A DNA stretch of 64,000 nt, taken from NCBI GenBank assembly GCA_963755915.1, contig CAVWLP010000003.1, positions 992,001 to 1,056,000 on the forward strand. The letters run 5' to 3'. Origin of the DNA: an uncultured Phycisphaerales bacterium (GTDB taxonomy: Bacteria > Planctomycetota > Phycisphaerae > Tepidisphaerales > Tepidisphaeraceae). The notes under the pieces are model-generated. The model saw only the letters and a list, made by a program, of their open reading frames with translations, was not told the origin of the DNA and did not search any database. Positions 19,095 to 27,729 of the stretch are shown one piece after another. The translations under genes were made by a program, and so were the position numbers. Numbering within the stretch: position 1 is the stretch's first letter; each line of letters opens with the position of its first letter.

Positions 19095-19607
19095 CTAATA
19101 GGCCACAAAAAGGCTCCCATTGATCGAACCGGCAATCGTCGTTCCCGTCGTATCCGTCCCGTAAATCAGCCCGCTTCCGCTGCCGCCGTTGTAGTCATAC
19201 ACAAATCCGGCGGCGGTATACCCATTCGGCGCCGTCGACGCGCTGGTCGAAACCGTCCCATCGTCCACGTCCGAGTTGCCGTTCATCGGATTCACAGGGA
19301 CCGCCTGCATATACGGCCCGTAACTCTGCGAAGGCACACCATACGACGTCGACCCAACCAGCGCACCCCAGTTCGTTCCACCGGTCCCAACCAGGTCCGG
19401 CAACGCATCGCCATGCTGCAACTTATAAAGCTGAATCTGGCTGCGAAGCGTTTGCAGTGTGCTCTGCAAGCTGCTCTCACGCGCGTTCTGGCTCGCGTTC
19501 GTGAATTGCGGGATCACGATCGCGGCAAGAATGCCGAGAATGATCACCACGATCAGAATTTCCACCAGCGTGAATCCCTGATGTGGCCTTGAGCGTTTGC
19601 GAATCAT
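19095..19607 (-). CDS. Major pilin/pseudopilin (GspG/PilA-like)
   Basis: HQG|FTLVEILIVVIILGILAAIVIPQF; GGAGG RBS; first gene of the cluster with its own terminator. Confidence 0.9.
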   Translation of the reverse strand: MIRKRSRPHQGFTLVEILIVVIILGILAAIVIPQFTNASQNARESSLQSTLQTLRSQIQLYKLQHGDALPDLVGTGGTNWGALVGSTSYGVPSQSYGPYMQAVPVNPMNGNSDVDDGTVSTSASTAPNGYTAAGFVYDYNGGSGSGLIYGTDTTGTTIAGSINGSLFVAY

Positions 19608-19742
19608 TGGTTCTTCCTCCCAAAATGCTCGTAACACAAGCGCTCATCGACCCGCTTTATTGAAGACTTAACGTGATAACCCCCGCACCAACCGCGCCCC
19701 CCGCAGCAGCCGCAAATCCCCCCACAATATCGGACCGCCGAA

Positions 19743-20648
19743 TTACTGTGCCTCTATTTCCAGGCTGATGTCCAGCGCTGCGGCCGAATGCGTCAGCGCC
19801 CCCACCGAAATCCGCTCCACCCCCGTCAAGGCTATCGGACGCGTCGTCTCCAGCGTCACGCCCCCCGACGCCTCCAGCACGATCTTCCCCTTCTTCCCCG
19901 CCCGATCCCGCAGCTCCACTGCCGTCTGCATTTTCGGGCAGTCCATATTATCCAGCAAAACCACCAGGTCCCCCTCCAGTTTGAGCACCTCCCGAAACTG
20001 CTCCAGACTCTCCACCTCCACCTCGATAAACCGGTCCCGGTTCTCCTTCCGCACCTCGGCAATCTTCTGTGACAAGACCCCCGCCAGCTCCTTGATCCCA
20101 ATCCCCGCGATATGGTTCTCCTTGATCAGCATCCCATCATAAAGCCCCATCCGATGGTTATGCCCCCCGCCGCATCTGACCGCATATTTATCCAGAGCCC
20201 TTAGCCCAGGCAGCGTCTTGCGCGTGTCATAAATTTTCGCGCTCGTCCCCTCCACGCGCCTGACAAACCGCGCCGTCAGCGTCGCCACCCCGCTCAAATG
20301 CTGCAAAAAATTTAGAATCACCCGCTCCGCCGCCAGCAGCGATCTCATCGGCCCTCGAATCCGCACCAGCGGCAAAGTCCGCGCATCGCTGAACCGCCCC
20401 TCCAGAATATCCACGTGAAACCCCGGGATCGTCTCCACCCTCAACCTCTCGTCATACACCCGGCAAATCATCTCCACCAGCGGCAACCCGCACGTCACCC
20501 CCACCTCTTTCTGCAACAGCGTCCCCACCCCAATCGTCTCTTCCGGAATCATGATCCGGCTGGTCACATCATCCCCCCCCAAATCCTCTCGCCGCGCAAG
20601 CTCTACGATCTCCCTCACCTCATCAAATTTCGGAAATGCCCAATTCAT
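19743..20648 (-). CDS. nadC: Nicotinate-nucleotide pyrophosphorylase (carboxylating)
   Basis: EDLGGDDVTS, AERVILNF, DTRKTLPGLR, NHRMGLYD, LLDNM, EASGG, ISVGALTHS. Confidence 0.95.
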   Translation of the reverse strand: MNWAFPKFDEVREIVELARREDLGGDDVTSRIMIPEETIGVGTLLQKEVGVTCGLPLVEMICRVYDERLRVETIPGFHVDILEGRFSDARTLPLVRIRGPMRSLLAAERVILNFLQHLSGVATLTARFVRRVEGTSAKIYDTRKTLPGLRALDKYAVRCGGGHNHRMGLYDGMLIKENHIAGIGIKELAGVLSQKIAEVRKENRDRFIEVEVESLEQFREVLKLEGDLVVLLDNMDCPKMQTAVELRDRAGKKGKIVLEASGGVTLETTRPIALTGVERISVGALTHSAAALDISLEIEAQ

Positions 20649-20700
20649 ATTGTCCCAGCACAAGATTCTAGCCCCGCGCACAATCTTCGTCGATATTCCG

Positions 20701-20731
20701 CTCGCAACCCGCAACTCGCAACTCGCAACTT
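20701..20731. repeat. Heptamer tandem repeat (CTCGCAA)x4
   Basis: ctcgcaa cccgcaa ctcgcaa ctcgcaa in the divergent intergenic region. Confidence 0.7.
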
Positions 20732-20760
20732 TCCCCGCTAATATCCACCCCGCACAATCT

Positions 20761-22272
20761 ATGTCCATCAAGTTCGAAATCTATCGCGACGGCGCCCGCG
20801 TCACCCAGTTCATTCCCGTCGCCCCCATGGCCATGGGACCCGAAAGCGTCCCCATGCCCTCCGAGATCCTCTTCAAGGACGGACAGCTCATCGTCAATCG
20901 CGCCGACGAGCACGCCCTCGGCGTCGCCCTTCTCTGGGACGTCCCCGGCATGGGAACGCTCCACCTCGAAACCACCCGCCTCCAGCATCGTGAAAATCCC
21001 TACAACCTCAACGTCGAGCTCGCCCGCGCCCGACTCATGAAAATCGTCCAGAAGCAGGAAGACTGGAACCTCTTCGATTTCCCCAAGGCCGAAAAATTCA
21101 TCCAGCGCTTCCGCGACAGCCAGAGCCTCCTCGCCGACGCCCTCGGCCTCCTCCACCAGCCCGCCGAGGCCGCCAAGCTCGCCGACCAGTCCCTCGCCAT
21201 GTCCATCGAGCTCTCCGAGCAGCTCGCCATGTTCCACGGCGAGCTCCTCATCAACCGCCGCCGACAGACCAACGCCTTCGTCAAGCACATCGTCGGCTGC
21301 CGAATCGACCCGGTCATCCAGAACCAAAAATACAAAGACACCCTCACCGGCAGCTTCGACTACGCCATCCTCCCTGTCCGCTGGAAACAGATTCAGCCCC
21401 AGGAACACACCTTCGACGCCGGCCCCGTCGACGAATGGGCCGACCTTCTTGCCAAGAAACGAATGCCCATCATTGCCGGCCCTCTCATCGACCTCACCGA
21501 GGGCGAAGTCCCCGACTGGATGTACATCTGGGAACACGACTTCGACACCCTCCGCGAGCTCGCCTACGAATACGTCCAGAAGGTCGTCACCCGCTACCGA
21601 AAATCCGTCGCCGTCTGGAACGTCTGTGCCGGCCTCCACACCAACAGCGTCTTCACCCTCAGCTTCGAGCAAATCATCGAGCTCACGCGCCTCCTCATCG
21701 CCCAAGTCAAAACGCTGCTCCCCTCCGCCCGCACCCTGGTCACCATCAAATACCCCTTCGGCGAGCACCACTCCCGCAGCCGATCCAGCGTCCCTCCCAT
21801 GCTCTACGCCGAAATGGTCGCCCAGGCCGGCATCAACTTCGAAGCCTTCGGCCTGGAATTCGAAATGGGCATCCCCGCCCCGGGAATGTTCACCCGCGAT
21901 CTCTTCCAGTTCAGCTCCATGCTGGACAAATTCTCCACCCTCGGCAGGCCACTCTTCCTGACGAGCCTCGCCGTCCCCGGCCGATCCACCCCCGACCCCC
22001 ACGATCGCTGGGAAGGGAAAATGGACCCCATCCTCGCCGGCAAATGGAAACGCCCTTGGGACCCCGAACTCCAGGCCGAATGGCTCTCCGCCGCCTATCG
22101 ATTGGCCCTCAGCAAGCCATACGTGGAATCCATCGCCTGGGGCAATCTCGCCGACATCAACCCCACTGTCCCCGCCGGCGGCGCCCTCGACGACATGCTC
22201 AAACCCAAGCCCGCCTTCAACAAGCTCCAGGAACTGCGCGAAAACTTCCGCGTCTGGCAGCGAAAAATCTAA
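20761..22272 (+). CDS. GH10 (xylanase)-fold protein lacking catalytic glutamates
   Basis: WKQIQPQE, GPLI..VPDW, VVTRY..VAVWNV, LGRPLFLTS, GGALDDMLKPKPAF; no signal peptide. Confidence 0.7.
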   Translation: MSIKFEIYRDGARVTQFIPVAPMAMGPESVPMPSEILFKDGQLIVNRADEHALGVALLWDVPGMGTLHLETTRLQHRENPYNLNVELARARLMKIVQKQEDWNLFDFPKAEKFIQRFRDSQSLLADALGLLHQPAEAAKLADQSLAMSIELSEQLAMFHGELLINRRRQTNAFVKHIVGCRIDPVIQNQKYKDTLTGSFDYAILPVRWKQIQPQEHTFDAGPVDEWADLLAKKRMPIIAGPLIDLTEGEVPDWMYIWEHDFDTLRELAYEYVQKVVTRYRKSVAVWNVCAGLHTNSVFTLSFEQIIELTRLLIAQVKTLLPSARTLVTIKYPFGEHHSRSRSSVPPMLYAEMVAQAGINFEAFGLEFEMGIPAPGMFTRDLFQFSSMLDKFSTLGRPLFLTSLAVPGRSTPDPHDRWEGKMDPILAGKWKRPWDPELQAEWLSAAYRLALSKPYVESIAWGNLADINPTVPAGGALDDMLKPKPAFNKLQELRENFRVWQRKI

Positions 22273-22281
22273 CCCACCCGC

Positions 22282-22641
22282 ATGAACTCCCAATCGCGCG
22301 GAGTGATCGTACTCGTTTCAATCCTGATCATAATTCTCACCCTCCGCCTGGCATTGAACCCCCAAACCACGAGTGACCGCCAGACGACCTCAGCCCCGCG
22401 CCAATGACTTAGCCGACCGCATCGACCCCAACACCGCCACAACCGCCGAGCTCTCCGCCATCCCCGACCTCGGCCCCAAGCGCGCCCAGGCCATCGTAGA
22501 TTTCCGTGAGAAATTCGCCCAGCGGCACCCCAACGCGTTCCCCTTCCATCGCGCATCCGACCTGGAACAAATCCCCGGCATAGGCCCCGCCACGGCTGAG
22601 AATTTACGCCCTATCTTCAATTCTTGCCGGCGCCGCAATAA
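22282..22641 (+). CDS. ComEA-like helix-hairpin-helix DNA-binding protein (two frameshifts)
   Basis: N-terminal TM; IDPNTAT.AELSAIPDLGPKRAQAIVDFR; DLEQIPGIGPAT; reconstructed end LRPYLQF. Confidence 0.75.
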
Positions 22642-22655
22642 TGGCACAACACTGA

Positions 22656-22928
22656 TCAAAGAGATTTCAGTAGCCTGTCGTACTCAGCATGCGTTCCAAG
22701 GAAAAACCACAGAATTTCCTCGTCCGTTTTTCGAATTCCGACCGCACGATACGAATCGGTAATCCGAACGGACCACAGTGGAAGCGCGGTACTCAATCGC
22801 TTGAATTGCAGCCCCGGATGCCAGGGGTCAACTTGGAACCGTCGATAAGCCTCGCGAGCGCGATCCTAGATTTCGCCCGGCAAGCGAGCGAAATCCCTTC
22901 GGAAAGTCGAATGGACACGTGAATTCAA
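22656..22928 (-). pseudogene. RelE/ParE-family toxin with in-frame TAG at codon 21
   Basis: Manual translation: MNSRVHSTFRRDFARLPGEI*DRAREAYRRFQVDPWHPGLQFKRL...WSVRITDSYRAVG...WFFLGTHAEYDRLL; absent from the ORF track. Confidence 0.8.
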
Positions 22929-23142
22929 AGCCGATCCGGATCCAGCGGTTCCGAAGCACCCCGGCATCATCCGCCAGCATCTTCTCCACAAATCCCTTCA
23001 GTTTCCCCTCATGCTCCGCGGTAGAGCCCGACCACTTTTCATCTTCTTCCAATTCCGCAAGCAGAAACCGCGCAAGCTGATCCTGTTTCGATTCAGGCAT
23101 CGCCCGCAACAGTTCGATTGCTTGCTCCATGAGTCGAGTCAT
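22925..23142 (-). CDS. Cognate antitoxin (one frameshift near 22960)
   Basis: MTRLMEQAIELLRAMPESKQDQLARFLLAELEEDEKW...SEPLDPDRL*; stop overlaps the toxin start (TTGA). Confidence 0.7.
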
Positions 23143-23261
23143 ACGCCCTAATTCTAGCACTTCAAACCCATCTTCGAAACCTTGGGCGCTCATCACAAAA
23201 TTCCCCGTTACCTCCCGCACCCCCGTGCCATCACCCCTTCAGCCAAACCAAAGGAGCCCCA

Positions 23262-23885
23262 ATGTCCAAACGCTTCGCAACCCTGCTTCTCGCCATCCTC
23301 CTGATCCCCACAATCTCGGCCTTCGCCCAGGACAACGGCGGCCCCGGCGGACCGCCCAACGACAACGGCCCCGTTGGACCAGGCGGCCCCCCCGACTTCG
23401 CCCAAATGCGCCAGCGCATGGAAGCCGCCCTCAAACAACGTCTCGGCGTCACCGACGACGAATGGGCCGTCCTCTCCCCCAAAATCCAAAAAGTCCGCCA
23501 ACTGCAAATGCAGCTCCGCCCCCCCCGACCTGACTTCGGCCCCGGCCCGCGCAACGGCCCCCCCGGCGCCGACCAGAACACAAACAACAATCAAGACCAA
23601 TCCCCCCCGCCGCCACCCGGCAGCCCCGACAACCAGGGCGGCCCCGGCGGCCCTCCCGGTCCTCCCGAAATGGCCAACTCGCCGGTCCAGAAAGCCGTCG
23701 ACCATCTCAACCAGCTCCTGCAAAAAAGTGATTCCTCCGACTCCGACATCCAATCCGCCTGCGACGCCGTTCGGCAGGCCCGCGCCACCGCAAAATCAGA
23801 ACTCTCCAAAGCCCAGGAAGATTTGAAGTCCGTCGTCACCCCGCGCCAGGAAGCCGTCCTGCTCGCGATGGGAATCCTCGAATAA
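23262..23885 (+). CDS. Secreted Pro/Gly-rich helical hypothetical protein (Spy/CpxP-like)
   Basis: Signal peptide AFA|Q; AAGGAG RBS; LGVTDDEW; VTPRQEAVL C-terminus. Confidence 0.7.
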   Translation: MSKRFATLLLAILLIPTISAFAQDNGGPGGPPNDNGPVGPGGPPDFAQMRQRMEAALKQRLGVTDDEWAVLSPKIQKVRQLQMQLRPPRPDFGPGPRNGPPGADQNTNNNQDQSPPPPPGSPDNQGGPGGPPGPPEMANSPVQKAVDHLNQLLQKSDSSDSDIQSACDAVRQARATAKSELSKAQEDLKSVVTPRQEAVLLAMGILE

Positions 23886-23923
23886 ACCCCAATCTCAGCA
23901 CCCACAGCTCCTCACATTCGAAA

Positions 23924-23950
23924 GCCCCCGCATGGCCATGCGGGGGCCTT
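23924..23950 (+). terminator. Palindromic hairpin, probable terminator
   Basis: GCCCCCGCATGGCCATGCGGGGGC perfect palindrome. Confidence 0.55.
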
Positions 23951-24162
23951 CCATTCTCGCGACCGCAACGACCCGACAAACCGAACACTTTTTCCGCGCA
24001 ATTTCCGTCCGCTCAGCCCCCACGCTCATAAACCCTTCGCCCACCAAGCGATTCAATAACAATTAAACTTAGCAATCACTAATCATATTTCAAAAAGTGT
24101 TCAGTTTTGTTCAGTTCTGTTCAGTCCCACCCCGTCCATCATCCCGGCTATAATCCCCCCAT

Positions 24163-26236
24163 ATGCCCAACTTCGAAGTCGTCAGCCCCTATCAGCCCCA
24201 GGGCGATCAGCCACAGGCCATCGACAAGCTCGCCGCCGGCATTCAGAGCGGCCAGCCCTTCCAGACCCTCATGGGCGTCACCGGCTCCGGCAAGACCTTC
24301 ACCATGGCCCACACCATCGCCCGTGTGAACCGGCCCACACTCGTCATCTCCCACAACAAAACCCTCGCCGCCCAGCTTTACCAGGAATTCAAGGATCTCT
24401 TTCCCCACAACGCTGTCGGCTATTTCGTCAGCTACTACGACTACTACCAGCCCGAAGCCTACATCCCCCAGCGCGACATCTACATCGAGAAAGACGCGAG
24501 CCGCAATGACGATCTCGACCGCCTGCGCCTGGCCGCCACCAGCAACCTCGTGAGCCGCAACGACGTGCTGCTCGTCGCCTCCGTCTCCTGCATCTTCGGC
24601 CTCGGCTCCCCCACCGACTACAAGGCCTCCGTCCTTCCGATCCGAGTCGGTGAAACCACCGACCGCGACGCCATGCTCCACAAGCTCATCGACCTCCAGT
24701 ACGCCCGCAACGACATCGACTTTAAGCGCGCCACTTTCCGCGTCCGCGGCGACGTGATCGAGCTCCACCCCTCCTACGAGGAATTCGCCTACCGGATCGA
24801 AATGTTCGGGGATGAGATCACCACCATCGAAGCTGTCAATCCTCTCACCGGCGAGGTGTTGCACAGCGAGTCGCAGATCTTCATCTACCCCGCCGTCCAC
24901 TACGTCATGCCCGAAGAGCGCGTCCAGGGCGCCGTCCAGTCGATCCGCGAAGAGCTCGACCAGCAGGTGATGCACCTGCGCGGCCAGGGCAAGCTCCTCG
25001 AAGCCCAGCGACTGCTGGCGCGAACCAAGTACGACCTGGAGATGATCCTGGAAGTCGGCTATTGCAGCGGGATCGAAAACTACAGCCGCCACCTCGACGG
25101 CCGCAAGCCCGGCGAAAAACCGTACACGCTGATCGACTATTTCCCGAAGGATTTCGTGCTGGTCATCGACGAATCGCACGTGACCATGCCGCAGATCCAC
25201 GCGATGTACAACGGCGACCGCCAGCGCAAGGAGGTGCTGGTCGAGCATGGCTTCCGCCTTCCCAGCGCGCTCGATAATCGCCCCCTGAAGTTCGAGGAAT
25301 TCGAAAAGATGTGGCACCAGGTGGTTTTCGTCTCGGCCACGCCCGGCAAATTTGAGCTTGAAAAAACCGGCGGCGAAATCGTCGAGCAGGTGATCCGCCC
25401 GACGGGGCTGGTGGACCCGGAAATCGTCGTGCATCCCGCCCAAGGGCAGGTGCCGCACCTGCTGGAACAGGTTCAGCGAGCGCGCCGCCCGCGGCGAGCG
25501 CGTTCTAGTCACCGCCCTCACCAAACGTCTCGCCGAAGACCTGAGCGCCTACATCCAGGAGGCCGGCATTCGCGGCCGCTACCTGCACAGCGAAATCGAA
25601 ACCATCGAGCGCGTCGAAATCCTCAACGACTTGCGCAAGGGCGAATTCGACGTGCTGGTGGGAATCAACCTCCTGCGCGAAGGTTTGGATTTGCCGGAGG
25701 TTTCGCTGGTGGCGATTCTGGATGCCGACAAGGCCGGCTTCCTGCGCAGCGAGACCTCGCTGATCCAAACCATCGGCCGGGCCGCGAGAAATTTGAATGC
25801 CCGGGTCATTCTCTATGCCGACAGCATCACGCCGGCAATGAAGCTTGCGATGGACGAAACCACCCGCCGGCGAGAGATCCAGCAGCGCTACAACGCCGAG
25901 CACGGCATCACCGCCCGCAGCGTCGAGAAGGCGATCCGCACCGGCATCGAATCCGAGGTGAAGGCCCGCCGGACGGCGCGGGAGATGATCCACGAAAGCG
26001 AAAAGCAGTTCGACCAGGGCGAGCTTATCCACCTGCTTGAGGAAGAAATGCTCGAAGCCGCCAAAAACCTGGAGTTCGAGCGCGCCGCCCAGCTTCGCGA
26101 CAAGATTAATGAGGTCAAAGGCGTCCCCACGATCCGCAGCACGCGGTCGTGGGACCCGGAAGTCACCGAATCCGATCAGCGCACGAAAATCTGGCGTCCC
26201 AAGAGCGCTGGCAAGCGCAAACGCACGGCGAAGTGA
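24163..26236 (+). CDS. uvrB: Excinuclease ABC subunit B (frameshift near 25477)
   Basis: [53 protein letters not shown]-terminal UVR motif FERAAQLRD. Confidence 0.95.
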
Positions 26237-26244
26237 AAGTTTCC

Positions 26245-26313
26245 ATTGCCTATTGCCCATTTCCTATTTGGGATGTGATTAAATTGGCAATAGGAAATTG
26301 GAAATTGGCAATT
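26245..26313. repeat. Inverted heptamer-array element
   Basis: ATTGCCT/ATTGCCC/ATTTCCT arm versus AATTGGC/AATAGGA/AATTGGA/AATTGGC arm. Confidence 0.65.
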
Positions 26314-26339
26314 CCTTTACCCGTTGCTAATCTGCCGAA

Positions 26340-27227
26340 ATGAACACGCCACTGTTAAAATCGTCGCTTCCGTTTCCCGTCCGGCGGGGGAAAGTCCGGG
26401 ATGTCTATGATCTCGGCGACTCGCTGCTCATCGTCGCCACCGATCGCATCAGCGCTTTCGACTGCGTGATGCCCAACGGGATTCCCGACAAGGGCAAAAT
26501 CCTGACTGCCCTCAGCCTCTTCTGGTTTGAAAAGTTTGCGGGCGATTTCGAGAACCATTTGATCGCGGCGGATGTCAAAAAGTATCCCGAGAAGCTCAAG
26601 CCCTTTGCCGAGCAGATTGAAGGCCGCTCGATGCACGTGACCAAGGCCGAGGTGATTCCCATCGAGTGCGTCGCCCGCGGCTATCTTGCCGGCTCCGGGT
26701 GGAAGGAATACCAGAAAACGCAAAAAGTCTGCGGCGTATCGCTGCCAAAAGGCCTGCGCCAATGCGATCGCCTTCCGGAGGCGATCTTCACGCCGGCGAC
26801 AAAGGAAGAATCCGGACACGACGTCAACATCAGCTTCGAGCAGACCGCCGAGCGCATCGGGCATGACATTACCGACGAGCTGAAGCGCCGCACCCTGCGG
26901 CTCTACTCCCTGGCCGCCGAACACGCCCTCAAATGCGGTGTCATCATCGCCGACACGAAATTCGAGTTCGGACGACTCCCTGGCGGAAAAATCATCCTCA
27001 TCGACGAGGTTCTGACCCCAGACAGCAGCCGATTCTGGCCGGCCGATCGGTATGAGCCGGGCCGAGATCAGGAAAGCTTTGATAAGCAATACGTCCGCAA
27101 TTACCTGGAGAAGGTTGATTGGGACAAGCAGCCGCCGGCGCCGGCATTGCCGGAAGACGTGGTCAAAGGAACACGCGAGAGGTATGTCGAGGCGTATCGC
27201 ATGTTGACGGGGAGATCGGGCTTTTAA
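26340..27227 (+). CDS. purC: SAICAR synthetase
   Basis: [55 protein letters not shown]. Confidence 0.96.
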   Translation: MNTPLLKSSLPFPVRRGKVRDVYDLGDSLLIVATDRISAFDCVMPNGIPDKGKILTALSLFWFEKFAGDFENHLIAADVKKYPEKLKPFAEQIEGRSMHVTKAEVIPIECVARGYLAGSGWKEYQKTQKVCGVSLPKGLRQCDRLPEAIFTPATKEESGHDVNISFEQTAERIGHDITDELKRRTLRLYSLAAEHALKCGVIIADTKFEFGRLPGGKIILIDEVLTPDSSRFWPADRYEPGRDQESFDKQYVRNYLEKVDWDKQPPAPALPEDVVKGTRERYVEAYRMLTGRSGF

Positions 27228-27269
27228 GCACCGAACGCCGCCAAAGCATGCCAAATCGATGCTTTGCGC

Positions 27270-27608
27270 TCAGCACGCGATCGCGCGGTCGTTCGCATCC
27301 TGTGGCGGCTGAAACCGCGAGATCTTTCCCGAGGCCCGCAGCGGCGCATAGTGCATGAAATAATGCCACAGCAGGCAGGGATCGTTCACTTCCCGCAGAT
27401 AGAATTCGGAACAGAACCAGCGGTTCTCGTGTCCCATGGCGACTTCCCATCGCCGGGCAAAGTCGGCTGCGCCCCCGCTCTCAATATAATAGCGGATCAG
27501 GTGCTCTTCTTCGTGCACGTCGCGATTGCACATCCTATTGCAGAAATATCGATTTGTTTCACCCAAAGCCTCTTCGAGTTGCAGTTGAACACGGAAGATC
27601 GTGAGCAT
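27270..27608 (-). CDS. Small hypothetical protein with an internal duplicated motif
   Basis: GGAGG RBS before ATG 27608; NRYFC..RDV..L..YY and NRWFC..REV..L..YF. Confidence 0.55.
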   Translation of the reverse strand: MLTIFRVQLQLEEALGETNRYFCNRMCNRDVHEEEHLIRYYIESGGAADFARRWEVAMGHENRWFCSEFYLREVNDPCLLWHYFMHYAPLRASGKISRFQPPQDANDRAIAC

Positions 27609-27729
27609 GTAGCCCTCCACTGGATAACATTCTAATATTCAGGCAGCGCGAAGCAAACGACTGGAAGAGGGAATTTGCGGCGGGGAGCTGTTATCGGGCA
27701 TCGCGCAGTTAAAGGATGAGGACCGTATC

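Noticed and set aside
22866-22868. Amber recoding (pyrrolysine or alternative code)
   Set aside because: TAG terminates several ordinary genes in the window; a single nonsense mutation is simpler
25440-25520. Programmed frameshift in uvrB
   Set aside because: No slippery heptamer is evident, and similar indels occur throughout the window
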